From: Dendrobates tinctorius
Taxonomy: Eukaryota
Length of the DNA stretch: 64,000 nucleotides
NCBI RefSeq assembly: GCF_039654945.1
Contig: NW_027361673.1
Coordinates: 32,736,001 to 32,800,000 of the forward strand
Direction: 5' to 3'
Positions 54,190 to 64,000 of the stretch are shown here, piece after piece; the first letter of the stretch is position 1, and each line of letters begins with the position of its first letter. The notes below the pieces were generated by a model that saw only the letters and a list, made by a program, of their open reading frames with translations, was not told where the DNA came from and made no database searches. A program made the translations under genes and the position numbers.

Positions 54190-54862
54190 ATACACCTTGT
54201 ACACGTATGGCTCTGCACACATCATAAACATACGGTTCTGCTTTTTATGCCTCGCCCACACACAGCTCCGCTCTGTACACCTCGCACACACACAGTTCCA
54301 CTCAGTACACACATGGCTCCACTCCGTAAACCTCATACACATGCGGCTCTGCTCCGTACACCTTATACACACGTGTTATACACACGTGGCCACGCTCTGT
54401 AAACCTTGTACACAAATGGCTCCACTCCGTAAACCTTGTACACATGCGGCTTTGCTCCATACACCTTGTACACTCGCAGTTCCGCTCCATACACCTCGCA
54501 CACACGCGGCTCCGTACACCTCACACATGTGCGACTCTGCTCCGTACACCTCGTACACGTGCGGCTCTGCTCCTTACACCTCGCACACGTGCTGCTCAGC
54601 TCCGTACACATCTCTGCTCCGTACATGTGCAGCTCCACTCCGTGCACCTCGTACATGTGCGGCTCCGCTCCGTGCACCTCGTACATGTGCGGCTCCACTC
54701 CGTGCACCTCGTACATGTGCGGCTCCACTCCGTGCACCTCGTACACACGCACGGCTCCGGTCCGTGCGCCTCGTACACACGCACGGCTCCGCTCCATACA
54801 CCTTGTTCACACACACGGCTCCGCTCCGTACACCACGTACACACGCGGCTCTGCTCCTTACA
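54190..54862. repeat. 30-bp minisatellite (GGCTCCACTCCGTGCACCTCGTACATGTGC)
   Basis: Tandem units, period 30. Confidence 0.9.
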
Positions 54863-54979
54863 CAGGGCTGGGCTGAGACCAAAAAGCAGCCCTGACACAA
54901 AAAAAAATCACCAGCCCACATACAATGAATGTCCTCACCCAAATCGTAGAACACTGGTAGGTTGTGCCAACTTTTGATT

Positions 54980-56730
54980 TAGCTCACACACACACACACA
55001 CACACACACACGTACCACACAGCTCACACAAGTAGCTCACACACAGCTCACACGTATCACACACACAGCTCACACGTATCGCACACACAGCTCACACGTA
55101 TCGCACACACACACACAGCTCACATGTATCGCACACACACAGCTCACACATATCGCACACACAACTCACACGTATCACACACACACAGCTCACACGTATC
55201 ACACACAGCTCACACGTAGCACACACAGCTCACACACAGCTCACACGTAGCACACACACACAGCTTACACGTAGCACACACACACAGCTCACACACACAG
55301 CTCACATGTATCGCACACACACACAGCTCACACGTATCACACACAGCTCACACGTATCACACACCCAGCTCACACGTATCACACACACAGCTCACACATA
55401 TCACACACTCTGTATCACAGCTCACGCTCACACAAGTAACTTACGTACATGTATCACACAGCTCACGCTCACACAGCTCACACGTATCACACACACACAG
55501 CTCACATATCGCACACACAGCTCACACGTATCACACAGAGCTCACACGTATCACACACACAGCTCACATGTATCGCACACAGCTCACACGTATCACACAC
55601 ACAGCTCACACGTATCACACACACACACAGCTCACACGTATCACACACAGCTCACACGTATCACACACAGCTCACACGTATCGCACACAGCTCACACGTA
55701 TCGCACACACAGCTCACACGTATCGCACACACAGCTCACACGTATCGCACACACAGCTCACACGTATCGCACACACACACAGCTCACACGTATCACACAC
55801 ACACACAGCTCACACGTATCACACACAGCTCACACGTATCACACACAGCTCACACGTAGCACACACACACAGCTCACACGTATCACACACAGCTCACACA
55901 TATCACACACACAGCTCACATGTATCGCACACACACAGCTCACACGTATCACACACACAGCTCACACGTATCACACACACAGCTCACACGTATCACACAC
56001 TCTGTATCACAGCTCACACACAAGTAGCTCACACAGCTCACGCTCACACAAGTAACTTACGTACACGTATCACACAGCTCACGCTCACACAGCTCACACG
56101 TATCACACACACAGCTCACACATATCGCACACACAGCTCACACGCATCACACACAGCTCACACGTATCGCACACAGCTCACACGTATCGCACACACACAC
56201 AGCTCACACGTATCACACACAGCTCACACGTATCACACACAGCTCACACGTAGCACACACACACAGCTCACACGTATCACACACACACACAGCTCACACG
56301 TATCACACACACACACAGCTCACACGTATCACACACAGCTCACACGTAGCACACACACACAGCTCACACGTATCACACACAGCTCACACATATCACACAC
56401 ACAGCTCACACGTATCGCACACACAGCTCACACGTATCACACACCAAGCTCACACGTATCACACACCCAGCTCACACGTATCACACACCCAGCTCACACG
56501 TATCACACACCCACACAGCTCACACGTATCACACACACACACAGCTCACACGTATCACACACTCTGTATCACAGCTCACACACAAGTAGCTCACACAGCT
56601 CACAGTCACACAAGTAACTTACATACACGTATCACACAGCTCACGCTCACACAGCTCACACGTATCACACACATGTATCACACAACTCACACGCATGTAT
56701 CACAGCTCACACACACAAGTAGCTCACTCA
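54980..56730. repeat. CA-rich minisatellite, CAGCTCACACGTAT(CA)n
   Basis: Tandem units of ~20-26 bp. Confidence 0.95.
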
Positions 56731-57007
56731 CGATGACAGACAGCAGTCCTGCATAAAACACAAGGAATGATGCGCACAGGACCTGTGATGAGGTCACAGG
56801 AGGGGATGAGTCATTGGTCACATGATCAGGGGGCCCTGACACCTTCCCTCCTGTGACCGCATCAATTACAGCCTCTTGCACGACCGCAGCATCAGCGTGC
56901 AGAGGCTAAATTGTAGGTGCTGCGGGTAGAGGAGCGCATAATGCCGCACCCTGCTGCCTGCCGCTTGAGCAGCTGGTGCAAATCGCCTCATTATAGGTGC
57001 GGCCCTG

Positions 57008-58662
57008 GGTCTCCTCCTGGGGTAGTGGAAGCTGGTTTCTTTTGCTGCTTCCAGGGGAGATTGTCTGCTTTTCCACCTCCTGGTGAGTTAACAAATTGCA
57101 GGTATTCCTTCTGTTGGGCTTTGGGGATGGCTGCCTGTGCAGATGAGGTGGCAGCTGGTGGAACTGCTGCCTGTGGTACAGCAGGGGTAACAACTTGTAC
57201 CTGGGGATGTTGTACTCTGGTGGACGTGGCCTGCTTTGCCTTTGTAGGTACAACTACCACGGTGGGAGGCATCCCTGCTGGGGGAACGTAGGCTTTCTCC
57301 TTCTTGTAGGCTGCTATAAAGCCCTCCGGTATGCGGCGCACGTTCAGGTGCATACCAGCCGCGAAGCCCCTCATGCCGGGTGAAGGTGACATACTCTCCC
57401 GGATATAAATCACGAGCAGGGTGTCCCCTCCGGAAGTGGGACTCTACATCCCTCCAGCTGACAAAGAGGTCTGAGATCCTCTGGGGATCTGAGATGAAGC
57501 CAAACCCCCTTTCCAGGTTAAAATTCATGACCTGACCCAATCCTGCTGAGTCCCGGGGACCGTAGTGACCGGCATGGGCCCTTTCTTTCCGGTCCATTTC
57601 AGGGCCCAGCACTGCCAGTCTCCGCTGATCCCGCTCCCTCTGCTGCCAGCTGGCGGATGGTCTGCTGGCATCGGGCCTCTCCTCCTCTTCTCGAGACCGG
57701 CCTCTGCCCACAGTGGACAGAGGCACCACTGCCAGGGGTTCAGGTGTTCCCCCCCAGGGACTAGAATCCCAGTCCCAGACTAGATCCAGCACGACCTGCC
57801 CGGACGTTGTAGCAGAAGGGCACCCCGAGGCCTCCCCAGCTGCAGGGGTGGCGGTCATACCTGATGCCTCTTGGCGGTGTCGTCTTGGCTCCGGTGCAGG
57901 CACTGGGCAGCAGCGGTGGTCACTTGAGCTGCCTGGTCCACGGGCGGCGACGGATGCTGACTCCGGGTCTGCTGAGGCCTCCGGTGGGACCTGCGTGGCC
58001 ACGCTAGGTCCAGGCAGGAGCGCAGTCGCCGTCTCCTCTTCAGCTCCCAGGCCCTCGGGTAACTCCTCCTGGCAGGCAGCAGCGTCCGGCTGTGGTGCCA
58101 GGGTGGAGGCGGCAGCAAACACTGGCGGCGATGTTACGGGTGCCGCGGAGGTAGCAGACGCTGCTGGCGGTGAGGCTGATGCAGCGGTGACAGGTACTGG
58201 TGGTGGAGGTACCGTTGGTGTAGGCCCCTCCTGGACGCGCTGCAGGTTCATGGTCCACAGAGCCTCCTGTTTCAGCCGCAGACGGTGGGTCAGCTGGGCA
58301 ATTTCGTCCTCCAGCTGCTGGCGTTCCATGGTTGAAGCGGGGTCGGAGCCTTCAATCAGTGCACCAAGGAAGATCAGCTCGGCCTCCTCGCGCTCTTCAA
58401 GCCTCCGTGCTTCTTCCAATATGGCGTCCTGGCGTTCTCTCTCCTTCCTGGGCTCCTTTCACACCACAGGGCCTTGCTTCTCCTTCTGGGGGGCGGCGTC
58501 TTCTTCCTCTGCCTCCATACCAAGCCAGTATACGAACCCCTCTGGGGGTGGGCCATGTTGCTGTCGCATAGAAGTTCAGGCAGGGGACGCCCAGGACAGT
58601 TTGCGCTCTTTTCTTAGGGCCACCCATGTTGTCACGCCCTTCTTCACCACGCCGGCGGCCAT
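57008..58662 (-). pseudogene. Cold-shock-domain protein (Y-box/Lin28-like CSD at ~57336-57537); last codons lie at 51590-51597 beyond the hAT insertion
   Basis: GQVMNFNLERGFGFI..DLFVSWRDV..DLYPGEYVTFTRHEGLRGWYA/LNV. Start AAAATGGCCGCC. Two TGA stops (58576-58578, 58459-58461) and one extra base near 57348. Confidence 0.85.
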
Positions 58663-58776
58663 TTTGAGAGTCCATTTTACAGTCTATCAATTTGGCTATT
58701 CTGCACATTCTCAACAATCTCAAATCCAATGTAATAAATCTTCAGCACACAGGACCCGGTGGTACCGGGCTTCGTC

Positions 58777-58794
58777 ATCCTGTTCGTGACGCCA
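58777..58794 (-). other. Primer-binding site, tRNA-Ser(CGA)
   Basis: Plus strand ATCCTGTTCGTGACGCCA, 4 nt from the LTR end. Confidence 0.88.
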
Positions 58795-61792
58795 AAAATG
58801 GGTCGCCCGCCAGGGCTGTGGGGTACTCGGAGCCGGGCCCGTTGATGTCAATAGGAGATGTCACAGTGGCAGTGACCCGGTCCGTGGCCCTGGGCGTCCA
58901 TGTAAAAGGGGTAGAGTTATGGGGATAAAGTCATTGAGATGATTCGTGATGCCACCAGTGGTTTCTGGTCAGGTTGACCAGCGCTGCAGGGTTGCTTCTC
59001 TGGGACAGATGGTGTGGTGCAGCAATGATGGTGTAACCCTCCACAGGTAGGGCTGTAGTCCCAGGGCAGTGTAGATGGAGTGATAGTGAGGAGAGCGTGA
59101 TGATGCAGTGTTAAGCACAGAGATGTAGCAGTGCTGAGTGGGTTGGCGCAGGAATAAGCAGAGGACACCAGGGCATGTAGTTCCAAAGCTTTACTCACAG
59201 TCTGTTGTGCATACAGGTGCCCGCATCAGTGCCGTGTCCTCCAGGTCAGGGGCTCAGCCAACCTCCAGGCAAGATGAAGTACTCCGTTCCAACACTCTGC
59301 CAACATATGCCTTTCCTGAACGTCTCCTTTCTAGCGCTTGTAATGAAGTACTTGTGGTTGTGTGTTAAACCTAAGTTCCTCCTTTAAGATGTTCCTTTGA
59401 ACTCTACTTGTACGGCAGACAGCTGTAGCCTGCTTCGGGGACTCCTCGCTACTAAGTCCCGACTCACTCTCGTTGCTGTTGTGCCCCCAAGTCTTGTGTG
59501 GGAATAAAGTGGTGACAACTTCTTTTCCTCAGGTGTCTGCTGCAGGACCATTAGTATCCATACAACCTTGGGGACCGGACCCCGGCCATGCGCTTAGAAC
59601 TTGAGGAAGGGTTCCACTCCGACCCTAGTCCTTAGTTCTCTTCTTCTCCTTACGTTCCACACCAAACTATCTTCCTTTTGGAGAATCAGGCTTTCTATAT
59701 CTCTTTCCCGTGCCAGCAGCTCCAGGTCACAGGAGACTGCTGCAGCACCTCCTTCCATCCATCCCACTCAGGGGATCTCCTCTCACCGACTGACCTTGTC
59801 CTAATCATCTACCGCTCACTTGTGCAGCTAAGCTCCAACCACCTCCCAGCACTCTTCGTGTTCCAAGCAGGGAGCCACCAAAGGTGCTTTGCTACACTAC
59901 TATGTTGTGTGGGATGCAGGTGTTGGAGTGTGGTCAGGTGTCTCCACCTTACCTGGATGGTGGGGCACCACACCTCAGGAGGAGGTGCAGTACTTCTGTG
60001 GCGACTCAACCCTCAGGGGCACCACATAAGCCCTCACCCAGCCCCAGATCCCGAAAAATTCAGACGCTACAGGTCTCCAAAAATGGCGCGATTGTTTTTT
60101 TCTTGCAAACTTTGGAATTTTTCACCACTTAAATAAAAAAAACATTGATATCTGGATACTCGTAATGACCTGAGGAATCATAATGGAAAGTCAGTTATAC
60201 CATACAGTGAACTTAGTAAATAAAAAAAACAAAAAACAATTGTGGAATTGCACTCTTTTTCTAATTTCATCCGTGATTGGAATTTGTTTCCCATTTTCCA
60301 GTACACTACCTGGTAAAATCGAATGTGTTGTTCAAAATTACAACTTGTTTAGCAAAAAAACAAGCCCTTAGACAGCCATATTGATGAAAAAATAAATAAG
60401 TTATGGCTCTGGGAAGAAGGGGAGCAAACGCAGAAAACGCAAAAGCGGAAAATTGCAAGGTGGTGTAGGCCTTAAATGAGATACTGTCATAATAATAAAC
60501 TCAATAAGCCATTGTTGCTCTGAAATATTTTGTTGTCTCCCTTCAGTTTCAGTAGAATTGTCAGAGCTGTTTCCTAAAATAATCCAATTATTCGAGCATT
60601 AGCTTCAAACTGAGGAGGCGTACTCATAGCTTATTATTATAGCCATGCTTTCTTGAGAACTCAGAACCTGATTGTCTTGTTGTTTTTTTTTCTACTAGTT
60701 GAAGCGTGGCTAAATTAACAGACATACACAGGGATAGAAGCTGATGTACTTGTGGTGTTACTGCGTAGTATTACATGAGCAAGCAAATCTAGATTAATAT
60801 ATAGGTCAGAAGTGGACATTTGCCTGATCTCATTACCTAACTGCTACTAAAGTCTCTAGCAATGCCGGCGTTTACCTATCTCATGCAGTTGCCGTTCCGA
60901 TGGAATTGGCATTCTTTGTCAGCAACGGAAGCACCAGAAGATCAGGTAATACTTGTAATCTGTATTTGAGAAATGTGCAAGGAATTGCCTAGCATATGTT
61001 TGCTTTTAGAAAGTGTTTGAAATGATACAGTGAACAGAGTAATGATGTTTTATATAAAAAGGTATAAATCTACATTTATTTTAATTCATTTCTTGTTATA
61101 TTGTACCATGAACTACAAGATCATGCCTACGATTTTTAATGTAGTGTTGCTTATAATAATTCTGGTTTCTATAACATACTAGTTTAAAGGCTATGTTGAC
61201 CTGGGTAATTTTCAGTTTTCGTAGGTATCATTGGTATTTGACCCTTTAAGAAAGTGGACTACTCTGTGCTTTAAGGGCCCTAAAATGTTTTATTGATCAC
61301 ATTCTGAAAGATGGAGGAGCAGGAGGAGTTGCTCAATTTCGCCGCTGCCGAGGCTTTTTATGAGTTGATATTTTAATTTTGGAACAGGTATAACATTTTA
61401 ATGGATTTTATTCCACTTTTTGGGTGTCCAAATGAACGGAAAACAGAAATTCTAACATTTTTATCACATTTATAACAGGGGTTAAGTAACATTATAATTT
61501 TAGTTTAAATTATTATGGATAAGGAGATACCAGTTAGTGTACTTTATTTTTTAAATAATAAAGCATTTGTAATAGGGTGTTTATATTTTATGCATCCTAA
61601 AATTACATTGCAAAAAAGAGATATGTAGAAGCGACAGAGGGAGCCCCCTACCTCAGGAAGCCTCTAAAGTGCTGTGGTCATGCTGAATGCATCATCTACA
61701 GGGTTATTACAGTACTGTATATTTATGTTTTCAGCAAACTTATTGTCTACATGTGAAGGTTGAGTGATAATGTGAAGGTTGAGCTGGGTTGG

Positions 61793-63031
61793 TGGGTCGC
61801 CCTCCCAGGGCTGTGGGGTACTCGGTATCTGGCCGGTATCAGCGGGATGTGTCACAGCAGCAGGGACCCGGTCTGTGGCCCTGGGCGCCCAAGTAATAGG
61901 GGAATGTAATGGTTTGAATGAATAGTTCGTGACGCCACCTGTAGTGTTCGGCAAGTGAGATGTTAGGCCAATGCTGCATGCAGATCCTCTGGGGCTGGTG
62001 GTGTGTTGCAGCCAAGATGGTGAAGCTCCCCACAGGTGGAGCTGTAGCTCCAGGGCAGGGTAGATGTAGGGGAAGAGGAGAGGCACAAGCGGTGTGGAAA
62101 CTGGTACCCAGATGAAGCGGGGCTGGATGCGTTGGCGCAAGAATGAATGGAGGACACCAGGGCTTGCAGTTCCAAAGCTTTACTCAGTCTGTAGTACACA
62201 CAGGTGCCTGCCTCCGTGCCGTGTCCTCCGGGTCAGGGACTCAGTCAACCTCCAGGCAAGATGGAATGCTCCCTTCCAACATTCCGCCAACATGTGCCTT
62301 TCTGAACGTCTCCTCTATAGCGCCTTTAAGTGTGAAGTACTCCCAGTACTGAGTTACACTGGAGTGCCTCCTGACAGATGTTCCTAAGAACTCTACTTGT
62401 ACGGCAGACAGCTGTAGCCTGCTTCAGGGACTCCCTACTCCTGAGTCCCGGCTCACTATCCAAGTTACTGTTGTGCCCCCAAGTCTTAGATGGGAGTAGT
62501 GCATTTACAGCCCACTACTCCACCGGTGTCTGCTGCAGAACCATTAGTGTCTATACAACCTCGGGGACCGGGCCCCAGCTTTGCGCTTAGAACTTCTAGG
62601 CAGGATTCTTCCTCTAACCCACGTCCTCTCTGTCCCCTTTTACTCCTTAGTTCCGTTCTAATCTCTCTCGCTTATGGAAGATCAGGTTTCAACTCAATGT
62701 CTTTCTCCTTCTTTCCTTTCTCGTGCCAGCAGACCCAGGTCACTCAGGTCTGCTGCAGCACCTCCTTCCTCAATCCCTCTCTCAGGGATCTTCTTTCCTC
62801 ACTCCTCTGAGTGGCTTCCTCTCCCAGACTGACCTGTAATTCTAAACCTTCCCGGTCTTTTGTCTATTCTCAACTCCACCCGCCTCCTAGTACGTTTCGT
62901 GTTCCAAGCAGGGAACCACCAAAGGTACTCTGCTACTCTCTAAGCAAGGAGCCGCAATGTGGCTTTGCTGAACTACTCTGTTGTGTGGGGTGCGAGTGTT
63001 GGAGCGTGGTCAGGAGCCTCCAACTTACCTG
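61793..63031 (-). mobile_element. LTR of the same Gypsy-related family (3' or solo), interrupted at 63032
   Basis: TGGGTCGCCCTCCC terminus, colinear with 58799-59955. No PBS adjacent. Confidence 0.87.
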
Positions 63032-64000
63032 CAGCGGCGTATCTAGGGGGGGCAGCCGGGGCATCTGCCCCAGGCGCAGCCAGCAGGGGGGCGCAGTCGG
63101 GCCGCCTAATGCAGCGGTCCGCAATGTCCTCCCTGGCGGCTGCGTTCTGCCGCCCCCGGGCCTGGGAGTCGGCGGTTCTCTGTGTCAGCTGTCAAGCTGA
63201 CAGCCGGCGCAGAGAAGGAGCATGTGCCGGCTCCCAGGGAACAATTGTACTGGCGTCTATACAGACGCCAGTCCAATTGAAGCTCTGACTGCCGGGTCAG
63301 AGCGACGTCAGCAGTGTGATCAGGTCATGTGATCACGCTGCTGACATCACTCCCCGACGCCCAGAGAGAACCCTGGTGGTAAGTGTGCTCCACTGTGAAG
63401 CTGAAGAACCACCGAAGATGGGAGATGAGGGGGAGTTAATGAGTGGAGATGGGGGGGATTTGTAGAGGGGATGGGGGTTAATGTGTGGGGGGATTTGTAG
63501 AGGGGATGGGGTTAATGTGTGGGGGGATTTGTAGAGGGCATGGGGGTTAATGTGTGGGGATGGGGGTTAATGTGTGGGGGTGTTAATGAATGGGGATAAG
63601 GGTTAATGTATGGGGGGTTAATGAATGGGGATGGGGGTTAATGTGTGGGGGCGTTAATGAGTGGGGATGGGGTTAATGTGTGTGGGGGTTAATGAGTGGT
63701 GATGGGGGTAAATGACTGGGGATGGGGTTAATGTGTGGGGGTATTTGGAGTGGAGATGGGGGTTATTTAATGTGTGGGGGGATTTGGAGTGGTGATGGGG
63801 GTTAATGAGTGGGGATTGGGTTAATGTGGGGGGGATTTGGAGTGGGGATGGGGGATTTAATGTGTGTGGGGGGATTTGGAGTGGGGATGTTGTGTTATTT
63901 AATGTGTTTGAGGGATTTGGAGTGTGGATGGGGGTTATTTAATGTGTGTGGGGGGATTTGGAGTGGGGATGGGGGGTACTTATGTGTGTGGGGGATTGGG
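63032..64000. mobile_element. Probable hAT-like non-autonomous element with G-rich minisatellite (63420-64000); runs off the window
   Basis: LTR homology stops abruptly at CAGCGGCGTATCTAGG. Tandem GGGGATGGGGGTTAATGTGT units. Confidence 0.6.

Larger units (their letters stand above)
51606..57007. mobile_element. Non-autonomous hAT-like element filled with minisatellites
   Basis: 8-bp TSD GGTCTCCT (51598-51605, 57008-57015). Imperfect TIRs CAGGGGTGAACCTA / CAGGGCCGCACCTA. Confidence 0.85.
49473..60026 (-). mobile_element. Non-autonomous LTR element (5' LTR 58799-60026, 3' LTR 49473-50701) carrying a cold-shock-domain ORF
   Basis: ~1228-bp paired LTRs, 4-bp TSD TAAG (49469-49472, 60027-60030), PBS 58777-58794, G-rich PPT 50702-50714. 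No gag/pol motifs found. Confidence 0.93.
48741..60471. mobile_element. TTAA-flanked non-autonomous DNA element (piggyBac-like?), 48741-49472 plus 60031-60471, split by the LTR element
   Basis: TTAA at both flanks and A-rich body continuous across the TAAG TSD. TIRs are degenerate. Confidence 0.5.

Noticed and set aside
54083-54977. Overlapping 126-270 aa ORFs
   Set aside because: Products of the 30-bp minisatellite.
55306-56617. Long His/Thr-rich ORFs (249, 136, 349 aa)
   Set aside because: Translations of a stop-poor CA minisatellite, open in several frames.
51618-56908. TAGCCTCT inverted repeat as element boundary
   Set aside because: No TSD. The 51606-57007 boundary has a perfect 8-bp TSD.
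57713-58789. 358-aa plus-strand ORF
   Set aside because: Antisense shadow of the GC-rich CSD ORF, with no domain motifs.
60699-60944. Possible host exon (AG...CAG|GTAAT)
   Set aside because: Stops in the frames examined and no recognisable protein. A non-coding exon cannot be excluded.

Overview
Eukaryotic, repeat-saturated DNA with no recognisable host exon. The element mix (Neptune-type Penelope-like elements, Gypsy, an epsilon-like ERV, and Harbinger, hAT, Tc1 and Chapaev3 DNA elements) suggests a vertebrate, probably a frog (inference). Much of the window resolves into nested insertions whose ends are fixed by target-site duplications (TSDs). (1) 2992-18321: a seemingly identical-copy, head-to-head concatemer of a Penelope-like element (4904-bp unit, two intact RT+GIY-YIG ORFs, hammerhead ribozymes) inside one 12-14 bp TSD. 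(2) 24594-45573: a four-level nest, Penelope-like element > Gypsy > endogenous retrovirus > Chapaev3 fold-back and Harbinger MITE. The ERV Gag carries a RanBP2-type zinc finger and a UGA-CUAG gag-pol readthrough junction. (3) 49473-60026, the best candidate for a new system: a non-autonomous LTR element related to the Gypsy by LTR and tRNA-Ser PBS, with no gag/pol. Its single reconstructed ~553-aa ORF encodes a Y-box/Lin28-like cold-shock RNA-binding domain. All alignments and identities were judged by eye.
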